A stretch of DNA of 61,009 nucleotides, filler included, from Stramenopiles sp. TOSAG23-6 (Eukaryota), in NCBI GenBank assembly GCA_900128565.1. It is 14 parts of 14 records of this genome, joined end to end, with 100 filler letters (N's around TTAATTAATTAA, not from the genome) between each part and the next. Parts side by side here need not be neighbours in the genome. Positions count along the whole stretch, not along the records: positions 8,767 to 13,048 come from LT637207.1; positions 13,149 to 17,427 come from LT637208.1; positions 17,528 to 21,804 come from LT637209.1; 11 more parts are not named here. The stretch is one strand, 5' to 3'. A program made the position numbers and the translations under genes. Below are positions 9,309 to 19,610 of the stretch, piece after piece (the first letter of the stretch is position 1; the number at the start of each line of letters is the position of its first letter). A model generated the notes under the pieces. The model had not been told where the DNA came from. It worked only from the letters and a program-made list of their open reading frames with translations, and made no database searches.

Positions 9309-10847
9309 ATGATGCAAAAATTATTATTAACATGCTTAACAATTGCTTTGTGTGTGGTGTCTGCTATGAACAGCACACCAAGCGATTCCCTTCGACACCA
9401 AGCCTCTACTGATCCTAAACCTAAACCTGAGCTGCCACATTCTGCTCAACCAAGCGAGTCAGCTCCTACTGAACCTGAACTTGAACCTAAACCTGAGCTG
9501 CCACATTCTGCTTCACCAAGACATTCCCTTCGACACCAAGCCACTGAACCTGAAGCTGAGCCGACACATTCTGCTCTACCGGTTCCTCTCGGCCTTTATC
9601 TACACGACAACCACGAGTTTACAGAAGTAAGCGGTAATGAATTTATCCTAAGATCATTGCTTCCAGAAGGTTCTACAATTGAATCTAAAGACCTATTAAC
9701 GTGGTTTGGTAGTGAAGATCATGAAGTACATAGCATTGTTGTTGTATATTTACACGCACATGGCGCAGAAGCAGAAGACAAGGAAACTGGAGAAATTATT
9801 TCAGGTGTGACTTTGTGGACACCAACAAGTCCACCTGTAATGAAAACATTATATCACCATCTTTTTCTGCAGAAACTCATACAGCTTTACCATAATACAC
9901 CAGTACTGTTAATCTCAGAATCTTGTCATGGTCAATGGATGAAACATTATCTACAGGAATTTCAGAATAAGGGATATGGTACAAATATTGGTTTAATTTC
10001 ATCAATGGGAGGTATTAATGCATTGTATATATTGGGTCTAACCTCAAAATTAGCGCTAAATACAGAAAACTCACAGCTTTCAATTATTGACTTTTTATCA
10101 AAGTTTCAGGATCTTCACTACGAAATAGCTGATACTGGGGTAAATATGGACTGGGGTGACAGAGACCTTGAATTTACACATCCAAGAGTACCACACACGG
10201 ACGACTTCAAAGTACTAACTAGCAGAGCTACTCAACAAGGTATAGAGTATCTTGACCAATACACTGAACCCCATCTGAAAATACTACGTGCAGCTCTCAG
10301 AATAGGTAACAAAGCAATTACTAATGTACTGCTGCCAAAGACTTCTAATGAAGCAATGAGTATAATCCAAGAAGCTCGAATGTTGGTAAACTCTCAATTG
10401 GCTTACAACATTCGTCATCGACCTGTTCACGAATTCTATGAAGAACTTCAACAAAGTGCACTTGAAAAACGACAAAGTGCACTTGAAAAAACTCGTTTTG
10501 ATGATATGGGACTGGGATGGGAATTACCGCTGTTAACGGTAGCCGCTATGTGGAGGCGATTTGACATTATTAAATTACTTGTTGAGAAATTCAAAGTCAA
10601 TGTGAATGAAATTGGAAAATTTGAGGGAAATGATGTGAGTGCATTGGATGCGGCTTTAACGCATTTGATGATTGAGTATAAGTCTGATTTTAGTATGGCT
10701 TTTAAAATAAGAAAGTATGAAGAGATCATCGAATACTTGGAAGAGAACGGTGCAAAATTAGCTCCAGCTTCTAAAGATCACCCAGTCTATAAGAGTTTTA
10801 TTAAAACAACCCCAGGCTTCTGTAAAGATTACCCAAGGTTTTGCTAG
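9309..10847 (+). CDS. secreted protein with Pro/Glu repeats, putative clan CD protease-like domain and ankyrin-like C-terminus
   Basis: signal peptide; VVVYLHAHG and VLLISESCHG motifs; PLLTVAAMWRRFDIIKLLVEKFKVNVN..SALD..IIEYLEENGA. Confidence 0.65.
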   Translation: MMQKLLLTCLTIALCVVSAMNSTPSDSLRHQASTDPKPKPELPHSAQPSESAPTEPELEPKPELPHSASPRHSLRHQATEPEAEPTHSALPVPLGLYLHDNHEFTEVSGNEFILRSLLPEGSTIESKDLLTWFGSEDHEVHSIVVVYLHAHGAEAEDKETGEIISGVTLWTPTSPPVMKTLYHHLFLQKLIQLYHNTPVLLISESCHGQWMKHYLQEFQNKGYGTNIGLISSMGGINALYILGLTSKLALNTENSQLSIIDFLSKFQDLHYEIADTGVNMDWGDRDLEFTHPRVPHTDDFKVLTSRATQQGIEYLDQYTEPHLKILRAALRIGNKAITNVLLPKTSNEAMSIIQEARMLVNSQLAYNIRHRPVHEFYEELQQSALEKRQSALEKTRFDDMGLGWELPLLTVAAMWRRFDIIKLLVEKFKVNVNEIGKFEGNDVSALDAALTHLMIEYKSDFSMAFKIRKYEEIIEYLEENGAKLAPASKDHPVYKSFIKTTPGFCKDYPRFC

Positions 10848-11042
10848 TAAAAGCCATATAAGATTGATATGTTAAATGGGTATTATCCAGTATCATCAAA
10901 GAAACAAAACTGAAGAGATAACACATTTTTATAATTTACAATTCGTACGTTCAAGTAGTTTTTTCCAATTGTTTGGGAAACAGTCTACTACGAAATGACA
11001 AAAATATTAAAATCAATTTCAAATTATTTTTTTCTTTATTTT

Positions 11043-11924
11043 TCAAATATTTTGTGGCGGAATTGGCGGATTTCCCTTTTCAGCTTTCCAGGGAACCTTT
11101 GGCGGTATTATGTGAATGACTACAGGATTTTGTTTTTGAATTACTTCGAATCGAATTTGCCTTCCACGAGTATTCATGGCAATTCGAATAATTCCAGCCA
11201 ATTCATAGGCGGATATCCTCCAATGAACAATATCAATAGGAATTTTTGGAATTTTTCGTTTTCGAAAACGTGATTTAGATTGAATCGATTGGATATCATC
11301 AACAGGTAACAAATTTTGTATAGAAACCCAATTAGATATCCAATGAGTCGGTTCAATAACGATTCGAACGTTCTTATGATATTTTGAGGATTCTTTAAAG
11401 GCGCAAGCAACTAGTTTTCGATTTTTTTTTCGTGTCCAGTTTTGAGTGTTTAATACTTTGTATTCTGGTCTTTTGATATATCCTACAATAATTTCACTCA
11501 TTCCAAAAACCCACTCTGATGTGAATTCATCACATGTTTTTATTTCCTTTATTCCCTTACTATTGTCTTTGTAGACTTTCAGGGTTTTGAATTTTGGTAT
11601 ACACTGTGGAGTGTGAAGTTCTTCCGTACCACATAACTTTGGATTCGTGCATTGAGTTGTTATATCTGCATCGAAAAACTTGTTTTTATCACAATGCAAA
11701 GGTGGTCCACGTGTGTAAAATTCCTCATACTTGGAATGCCAAAAAAAGTGATAAAAGAAGTAAGATCTCATATTTTCGTCTGGCATCAAGACTTCCATAA
11801 GCGGTCCGCCAACTAACTTTGCATTTTCAAGTGTCTCTTTACGTTCCCGAATATAAGGACTCATTTTCCTTGCTTCGGGAGATACGACAGTTTGTATGAT
11901 GGCGATCAAGAACAGCGTTTTCAT
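11043..11924 (-). CDS. hypothetical protein with possible signal peptide
   Basis: 293-aa intronless ORF, no recognised domain. Confidence 0.55.
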   Translation of the reverse strand: MKTLFLIAIIQTVVSPEARKMSPYIRERKETLENAKLVGGPLMEVLMPDENMRSYFFYHFFWHSKYEEFYTRGPPLHCDKNKFFDADITTQCTNPKLCGTEELHTPQCIPKFKTLKVYKDNSKGIKEIKTCDEFTSEWVFGMSEIIVGYIKRPEYKVLNTQNWTRKKNRKLVACAFKESSKYHKNVRIVIEPTHWISNWVSIQNLLPVDDIQSIQSKSRFRKRKIPKIPIDIVHWRISAYELAGIIRIAMNTRGRQIRFEVIQKQNPVVIHIIPPKVPWKAEKGNPPIPPQNI

Positions 11925-12286
11925 TTCTACACTTCTAACTTCTTGGAAAGGCGGACTATAATTTCTTTTAAGTAGTTGATCAATAAAATTAGTACCGTAT
12001 TATTCGTATGTCAACGTCATCTCTGCATCTCGACATCAACATCAGTTGACATCCATCAGTGTTGAAGAAGAAGAGCAAGAAGAGCGCGAAGATCAAAAAA
12101 TCGGAGGTTTTTGAAAAAAAAAAAATGAATAAAATTTTTGATGTCAAGATCTGTCACTGTCACATTGAATTGACAAGGAATTCGACGACAGTCATCCTAA
12201 ATAATATAAAAGTTAGCAAGAGTTGAGATTGGTGGACTCTACTGTAGCTAGTTCTACAATCTCATAACCGTACATTGATATTAATA

Positions 12287-12992
12287 ATGCAATCGCGTCG
12301 GCGACATATGCAATTGTCGTATGAAGAAGATACAGAAAGTCAGAAAAATACGGAAAGTCGGAAAAATACTCCAAATGTAAAATTAAATACGTTTGTGGAG
12401 TTTAATCTCGTTGGACGAATGCCAGCTGAAGGTTTCAGTGATATAAAGACTCCAGATAATGTAGCTATTGCTACCTGTATAATTCAAGCAGGCACTCAAG
12501 TTCTTCTTCCGAAATCTAAAAAGTCAGGAGATAAGAATATCGTTACTATTTCTCATACAATCCTGGAGGGACATCGATTTGCAGTCCAACATATAAAAAA
12601 AGGAGAACAATTGCTTTCTTGGGGGCTTCCTTTTGCTACGGCGACGCAAGACATTCAACCAGGTGAATATTTGTGTAATGACAGAATTGTTCAATCTTTA
12701 AAACTTCGCGGAGTGAAACAAAAACTTCCAACGGAGACAAATTTCAAAGACTTCTCTGAAGTTTATCAATTAAATGAGACAACATTTTGCCCCGTTGAAC
12801 AAGTGAAATTACTCCCAATATCAAAACAACGTTTTGAGGGTCATTTCGAAGGTTTTTCTCGTCCAGGATTTCGTGGTGTTGGTACAAGAAATATGATCAT
12901 TGTGCTAGGCACTACTTCACGAACTGCTGGATTTGCCAGACGGGTGGCTGAAATAGCACAAAGTAGACTACTATCAAATCATAATCCCTGTA
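12287..12992 (+). CDS. UxaA/GarD-family dehydratase (SAF domain), exon 1 (partial)
   Basis: DNVAIA..ILEGHRFAVQHIKKGEQLLSWGLPFATA, FEGFSRPGFRGVGTRNMIIVLGTTS. Confidence 0.8.
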
Positions 12993-13048
12993 ATATGTTT
13001 TATTTTTTTTTCAATTTCGAATTTATTTTTCATACGAAATTTTGTACC
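12990..13048 (+). mobile_element. 5' part of family intron (donor GT at 12990 or AT at 12993), truncated
   Basis: GTAATATGTTTTATTTT...TTCGAATTT...CATACGAAATTTTGTACC. Confidence 0.65.
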
Positions 13049-13148
13049 NNNNNNNNNNNNNNNNNNNNNNNNNNNNNNNNNNNNNNNNNNNNTTAATTAA
13101 TTAANNNNNNNNNNNNNNNNNNNNNNNNNNNNNNNNNNNNNNNNNNNN

Positions 13149-16005
13149 ATGTACTATTGTCTACTAATGAAAACACAAATATGGATAATACAAATGTACT
13201 ATTATCTAGTAATGAAAAGTATCTCGTGAAAACATCAAAAATTTCGATATCAAAAAAAAAGTCGTCAATTTATCATGGAGTAGAATGGCATTCAGATAGC
13301 GGTTGTTTTCTCTCAGTGTTACGTTGTACATTTGATCATAGTGAACATTTGAGTAATAAACAATCTAATGAAATGCAAGTAGTGGAAATGTCTTCATCCA
13401 GTGTGGATTGTTCAAATGAATTATCAAGTACAAAAAAGAGTACAATTATTAATCCGAATGAAATTCAACGAGAAAAGACAAATATAATGGTTAAGATGCC
13501 TACAAAAGAATTATCAAAACAAGTTGATGATGTTAAAAAAACAAAAAAACAAATGAATGATGATCAAAAAACAAAAAACATTGAATTGGTAAGTCGTTCT
13601 ATTGTTCTTGGTTTATATGAAAATGAATATGATGCAGCATTAGTTTATGATTGTGCGGCAAGAATGCAATCCGGAGATAATGCAATTATCAATTTTTTTG
13701 GTACTGTCAAAGAAAGAAATGTAAAAACAGCACAAGTACTATGGGCATTATGTGAAAAGTGCAATAAATGGCGTATTGTGGCTTCGGAACCTTCATCGGA
13801 ATCTGTGTTTACCTGTGATACTGTTGGTAGAAGCTGCTTTGAAGTGGAAGACACAACCGAATCTCTCGAAGCTGCGTTACATTCTGGTCGAGATATATCT
13901 TGTATTGGTCAAGTTTGGGACTCTATAGCTTTTGCTTCTATTGAATGGCGTAAAAAGATTGTTATGTGGAAACACAAAGTAAATGATATACGACCACCCA
14001 TACGACCAGAAGATGGCTTACATTGGTGGAGGCTTCTTGAAAAAGCTAGACGTGAAGAATTTCCGCCTCTTTTAAGTCATATGTATGTTTTATTTTTTTT
14101 TCAAATTCCAAATTTTTTTTCGTACGAAATTTTGTACCTAACGTTTTTTTTTTTTCGAAATATTTTTTCATAATCCATAGATGATGAGTGTACAAAGATT
14201 CAAAACAATATTGATGAAATTAATATCCGTTTAAAACTTGCGCATAATGATTTAAATGCTGCTGTGGCATTTGCTGGATCAATTGGAGTCAACTGTAATA
14301 TGTATGTTTTATTTTTTTTTCAATTTTTTAACCATTTTTTTTTCGTACGAAATGTTGTACCTAACGAATTTTTTTTTGAAATATTTTTCCAAATACAAAA
14401 GAGCGCCCAGACTCGATATCTCTGGAATCATTGGAAGGTATTAGTGACGTCATTGCTTACCGCCATTGGACATTTCGTAATGAATCGTATGAGAATAGCG
14501 CAGAAAGTTATATGATGGCAATGAAACTTCAAAAAAGACCAAGAGGTGTTCCTCCTTCAGACGATAGCATTTCAATAAAATACGCCTCAAAATTTGTCAA
14601 TTTGGAAGACGCACCTGTTTCTCTTCCTCCTGCTATCCCAATCATGCTAGACTACAATTATAACAAGAATAGTACATGTGAAACGGGTCAGTCATTTCAG
14701 ATGAATATGAATAAAATGGAAGTCGATGAGAATGATGCTAGTGTTGATGATTCGAGACCGAAGAAGCGAAGAAGAACATCTTTGAATTACGACACGAATG
14801 TGTTTGACAGATCTGGCGTTGAAATGAAGAATTCAAATAAAACAAATGGAAATACTATAAATGGCGATATGGGAAAGGTTCATCCTGATGCTCCTCTTCC
14901 CTTACGAGTTCGCCTGAAAAGTAACAATTTTAAAACAGGTCTAGCACCAATGGTTGCTCTTTATCGAAAAGGATCTTCTTTACCACGTTATTTGATGCAT
15001 TTACGTCCTACTTGGCCCAAAGTAAAAGTTGTTGAACCGGACCGAACTGAAGAAGAACTCGAAGAAGCGCAGCATCTTGCCGATGAAGAGTTACTTTCTA
15101 GTTTGAAGCCTCCTAAACGAGCATTATCAGCGTATACGTTCTTCATGAAGGTGAATCGAGTAAAAGTGATTGAATTAAATCCTGGTATCAAACAGACGAT
15201 GGTAATGACAAAAGTAAGTGAGCTTTGGAAATTAACAACTGAAGAAGGAAAAAAAGAATATATTGCAATGGCGGAAGAGGATAAAAAACGTTCTGTAAAG
15301 GAACGGATGGAATATGATTCTATTCGTGCTGGTCCTCTTCGCCGCGAAGCTGAGCGTGAACGTAGACTAAAAAAAGCAGAAAAGGAAGCAAAGAAACCTC
15401 CACCAAAATTATTTTCCAAAGTAGTTCAGGTGAGACCTCACCCAGCTGCATTACTAGGACGACATGATCTTCAAGGTTTATCTCTGACAGCTCAGTGTAA
15501 GGCACTAGGTTTTGCACCTTATTATTTTGTACTGACATACATCCCAGATTTACGATGGGCAAGATTAGCACCAATGGTCATTCGTGGCCGTTTTGAGTCA
15601 GAAGAACGAGGAATGAAAGATCTTGTTGGTCGTACACGGTGGATGCTTGAACCAGAAGGGTCCTCTATGGAGGAATTGGACATTCCTGCTTCTCGGTGTG
15701 TCATTGTTAGAAGTCGTGCCGTGCGACGTTGTCCTGATGCTGACAAAGAAGAATGGCATATTATTGATTATTCTGATGATGATATAGATAATAATCAAAC
15801 TCTGGATACTACTAAAAATGTAGTGGGTGGTGATAGTACAATTAGTGTAGTAGAGGATCTTTGCCAAGAGAAAAATAAGATGGTTTCAAATGCAATGATT
15901 GTATCAAGTGAGATCGATTGCAAACCAGTCATCAAACGGTTGGGTTCCAACTGTATTGATACCCCAGAACCTTTGATAGAAAAGACTCTACTTAATATAC
16001 CGTAA
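13149..16005 (+). CDS. chromatin protein with split AP2-like, CW zinc finger and HMG box; exons <13149-14082, 14179-14301, ~14400-16005
   Basis: SSIYHGVEW..LGLYENEYDAALVYD; WALCEKCNKWR..FTC..C; PPKRALSAYTFF..VSELWKLTTEEGKKEYIAMAEEDKKR. Confidence 0.8.
14083..14178 (+). mobile_element. family intron GT...CAT (96 nt)
   Basis: cat at|GTATGT...AATCCAT|a gat gives SHIDDECTK; using the adjacent AG (14179-80) gives an immediate TGA. Confidence 0.85.
14302..14399 (+). mobile_element. family intron GT...AA (or GT...AC if it ends at 14396)
   Basis: of the ends near the family terminus, only 14396 or 14399 join the long HMG-box frame. Confidence 0.7.
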
Positions 16006-16097
16006 TGTGTGAAGCATTTCAATTGACTTTTTAATGAAAAAAGAACGAAAAAAACTAATAAAAGTAGCAATTATTATCCTTCGTCATCCCATTGTTT

Positions 16098-16766
16098 TTA
16101 TAGCTCGTCTTCATGAGTATTCGCCAACTTTTGTTTTCGATCTTGATCGTGAATACTGTCTAATATAGCCTGCCTTGTTGCTGTATCTAATTTCCCTCCA
16201 ATTCCAGTACCTTGGATTACTTCATCTAAACTAATACGAATCGTTTTTGTACCCATTTTTTTCTTTTCTGTAAGCGGGCGCGGATCTCCGTCAGATGTAC
16301 CACCTTTTAAAGCTGATTGGTGAAGACGAAATTGTTTTGCTTTATCCAAATTTCTTTTAGCTAATTGATCATATGGGTCAAGTTTTACTGCAATTTCCAA
16401 ATATTGTATAGCCTCAGAAAATTTACCTTGCCTACCTAGCAAGGTTCCAAGATTGACTAAAACCTTTGTTGAAGTAGAATCTAGAGCAAGAGCACGATAG
16501 AAAGGACCTTCACTCTGCTCCAATTGTTCTTGTGTTTTAGCAAAAGTACTCATATCAGTACCCACGTTAAACCAATCTATGAATTGCCATGAATCATTAG
16601 AAGAGGTTTTCGTCATGGATTCGTAAATTTCCAGCCAGTTGTTGAAGTTTTCAAGAATTTCTTCTCTAGTCATTTGTTCGATTTGCTTCTTTTTCATAAT
16701 TCTTTTCTTTGCAAAGACATGAATAGATGTACAGAATATTAATACCAGGGCGATGCGTTGTGACAT
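16098..16766 (-). CDS. TPR-containing ER-lumen protein
   Basis: signal peptide, TPR VLVNLGTLLGRQGKFSEAIQYLEIAVKLDP, C-terminal EDEL. Confidence 0.8.
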   Translation of the reverse strand: MSQRIALVLIFCTSIHVFAKKRIMKKKQIEQMTREEILENFNNWLEIYESMTKTSSNDSWQFIDWFNVGTDMSTFAKTQEQLEQSEGPFYRALALDSTSTKVLVNLGTLLGRQGKFSEAIQYLEIAVKLDPYDQLAKRNLDKAKQFRLHQSALKGGTSDGDPRPLTEKKKMGTKTIRISLDEVIQGTGIGGKLDTATRQAILDSIHDQDRKQKLANTHEDEL

Positions 16767-17051
16767 AATGTCTGAAAAATATAGATTTACAACATTACTT
16801 GTTGCTAACTAGAGATTGTTTTTTCACATAAAAGTAGTGTGGGTGCACCTATATTCGATACGGTATATCGGCGCACGTACGTTACAAAAAAAAAAAAAAA
16901 AAAACTCCGAAAACTTGCCGAACACGAAAAGTCAGTTTTCGGCAATCTCTTATATCTTCTTTTTGTTTTTATTCATTTTGAGCATTCATTCAAATCCAAA
17001 ATCACATAAAATAAGTGAATAAACATTTTGAGGGGTAAAATTTATTTTTAT

Positions 17052-17372
17052 TTAGTAAGAAGCAAGATGTCGTCGAGGTCTTTTTATACACGTTTTTTTA
17101 CTATTTTTACTACATTTTTTACTATTTTTACTCTTTATAGATTTACGAGATTTGCACATTTTTTTACAGGATGGGCACGTCCAAATACCAACTGGTTTAT
17201 TTTTCATTTTTAAACAAGATAAATGATACCACTGATTTCGACATTTTACTTTAGAACACATGATCATATCACAATCATAAGCATTACTTGTCTTACATAT
17301 ACAGTACAATCTTTGTTCATTCGCCATTAATGATGGCCTTGGAATACAATCAAACTGTGAATAACCATCCGT
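17052..17372 (-). CDS. PHD-finger protein, last exon (partial)
   Basis: LYCICK..MIMCSKVKCRNQWYHLSCLKM..WTCPSC. Confidence 0.85.
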   Translation of the reverse strand, partial: TDGYSQFDCIPRPSLMANEQRLYCICKTSNAYDCDMIMCSKVKCRNQWYHLSCLKMKNKPVGIWTCPSCKKMCKSRKSIKSKNSKKCSKNSKKTCIKRPRRHLASY

Positions 17373-17427
17373 ATGTATTTTGGAAAAATATTTGAAAAAA
17401 AAAATCGTTAGGTACAAAATTTCGTAC
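17373..17427 (-). mobile_element. 3' part of family intron
   Basis: GTACGAAATTTTGTACCTAACG...AAATATTTTTCCAAAATACAT|acg gat. Confidence 0.8.
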
Positions 17428-17527
17428 NNNNNNNNNNNNNNNNNNNNNNNNNNNNNNNNNNNNNNNNNNNNTTAATTAATTAANNNNNNNNNNNNNNNNN
17501 NNNNNNNNNNNNNNNNNNNNNNNNNNN

Positions 17528-19471
17528 ATTCTAAAGAAGAAGCTAATGAAAAAAGAAAAGCGAATGCGGAAGAAAATCAGCAACATGAAGATGCAACTGC
17601 AACGGAAGCTGAGAGAAGAGCGGCAAAAAATGGAGGATGAGATGAACCTACTTATTGATGATGGGCAAACTGTAAATGAATTACGAACTGAAATAAAAAA
17701 TATGGCTACCCAATCAGAGAAAGAGAAGGAACAGATTAGAAAGGAATTCGAAGAGCGTTGGTTAAAACGTCAAAAGGAAATAGAACAAGATCAAATGAAA
17801 AAAATTAATAAAGCAGAAAAGCAGTTGCAAGATTCTCAACGAGGAACAAGGTTAAAATTGAATATGGATCTATGGCGAAGAGTTGCATTTAGAGTTGGTA
17901 GAGAGCGCGTTCTTCGAAAGCAAATGATGACGAAACAAGAGTTATTTAAAGAGCTAGCCGCGGCAGGTAAAGAAGCGATGAAAGAAGAGAAAGCCAATAC
18001 CCAACAAAAACAACAGGAAGTTGAGGAATACAGGAAGAAAGTAACAGAATTTGAAGAGCGCCTTGCACAACAACAAAAAGAATCAGAAAAACTCAAAAAA
18101 GACGCATCGCAGCAACTAAAACTTGAAGCAGAACGCATTGCACGCGAAGCAAAAGAATCAGTACGCGCACAACTCGGTGCTGAAGTTGCTGCACTAGAAG
18201 AAAAACAGGCGGAGATGACGAGATTACTTGATGAGGAACGATCTGCTCGCAGAAAACTTCACAATGAAATGGAGGACATGAAAGGAAAGATCCGTGTATA
18301 TTGCAGGGTTCGGCCAATTGGAGAGCTTGAAAAAGGACGCAATGAACAATCTATAGTTGATTGTATTGCAGAGGATACTGTTGCAGTTACAGTGGAAGAA
18401 AAAGCATCTTTATGGGCAAATAAAGACGAAAAGAAACATACCCAAAAAACCTTTGTATTCGATGCAGTCTTTGGTCCCAAAACGACACAGGAAACTGTTT
18501 TTAAAGATACAAAGCGCCTCGTTCAATCAGCACTTGATGGATATAATGTGTGTATTTTTGCGTATGGTCAGACTGGGACAGGTAAGACATATACGATGCT
18601 TGGTTTCCCAGGGAGCGGAGGAATAAATCTTGGTATTACCCCAAGAGTAGCATACGAACTATTTCGTTTAATGGGTAAGCAGTCAAATAAGCTAAAAGTT
18701 CAGGTTTCATTAACAATTGTTGAATTATATAACAAGAAACTGGTTGATTTGCTTTCTGATAAAAAAGCAGACTCGAAGGAATCATCTCTGAAAGTAAAGA
18801 AAGATTCGGATGGATTTGCATGCATACTTGGGGCTACAGAGAGAACGGCTGATAATCCTGCTGAGCTATTAGATGAATTCCATTATGCTCAATCGATGAG
18901 AACATCTTCGGCCACATTAATGAATGTAGATTCGTCGCGCTCCCACCTTATTTGTAATATCAATTTAGAATTACATGATGTTCAGAGTGGTAAACGTCAT
19001 CGCGGTAAAATATCTTTAGTAGACTTAGCTGGTAGTGAGCGTGTTTCAAGATCTGGAGTAGCGGGCAAGGCACTAAAGGAAGCAATTTCAATTAATGAAA
19101 GTTTAACTGCTCTTGGTAATGTAATAAGTGCTCTTGGGGATCCTAAAAAGTCATTAGCTCATGTGCCATATAGAGATCATATATTAACAGAATTAATGTC
19201 CGATAGTATTGGAGGAAATGCAAAAACATTGATGTTTGTGAATATATCGCCCGGCTCGCTTAGTTTCAAAGAAACTATTGGATCTCTGGAATACGCCAAA
19301 CGAGTGAAAGGAGTACAACAAGATACAGGTGGTAAAATGGGCAGTAATTCTAAAAAGAGCAAAAAGAAAATTGCGTTTCAGAATAATAATAAACTTGTAA
19401 CAGATCAAGCTGAAACTATTCTCGCACTCCAAAAACAATTAAAAGAAATGAAAATGCAGACAGGAAAATGA
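17528..19471 (+). CDS. kinesin-14 (C-terminal motor), 5' partial
   Basis: coiled coil then KGKIRVYCRVRP, AYGQTGTGKT, SSRSH, DLAGSE, HVPYRD. Confidence 0.95.
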   Translation: MLKKKLMKKEKRMRKKISNMKMQLQRKLREERQKMEDEMNLLIDDGQTVNELRTEIKNMATQSEKEKEQIRKEFEERWLKRQKEIEQDQMKKINKAEKQLQDSQRGTRLKLNMDLWRRVAFRVGRERVLRKQMMTKQELFKELAAAGKEAMKEEKANTQQKQQEVEEYRKKVTEFEERLAQQQKESEKLKKDASQQLKLEAERIAREAKESVRAQLGAEVAALEEKQAEMTRLLDEERSARRKLHNEMEDMKGKIRVYCRVRPIGELEKGRNEQSIVDCIAEDTVAVTVEEKASLWANKDEKKHTQKTFVFDAVFGPKTTQETVFKDTKRLVQSALDGYNVCIFAYGQTGTGKTYTMLGFPGSGGINLGITPRVAYELFRLMGKQSNKLKVQVSLTIVELYNKKLVDLLSDKKADSKESSLKVKKDSDGFACILGATERTADNPAELLDEFHYAQSMRTSSATLMNVDSSRSHLICNINLELHDVQSGKRHRGKISLVDLAGSERVSRSGVAGKALKEAISINESLTALGNVISALGDPKKSLAHVPYRDHILTELMSDSIGGNAKTLMFVNISPGSLSFKETIGSLEYAKRVKGVQQDTGGKMGSNSKKSKKKIAFQNNNKLVTDQAETILALQKQLKEMKMQTGK

Positions 19472-19610
19472 TCTAAACATTATATCCATCTGTAATAAAC
19501 ATAGCAATAACCATGAATATTGCACAACATGCAATACAATAGAATTTTCCCATAAATTTATTTCCCATATATTCACCGAAAAGTGAAAATTGAATATCAT
19601 ACGTAGCACA

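Noticed and set aside
14081-14173. Recurrent hydrophobic peptide MYVLFFF..SYEILYLT..KYFSKI in many ORFs as a shared domain
   Set aside because: It is the translation of the intron element in various frames.
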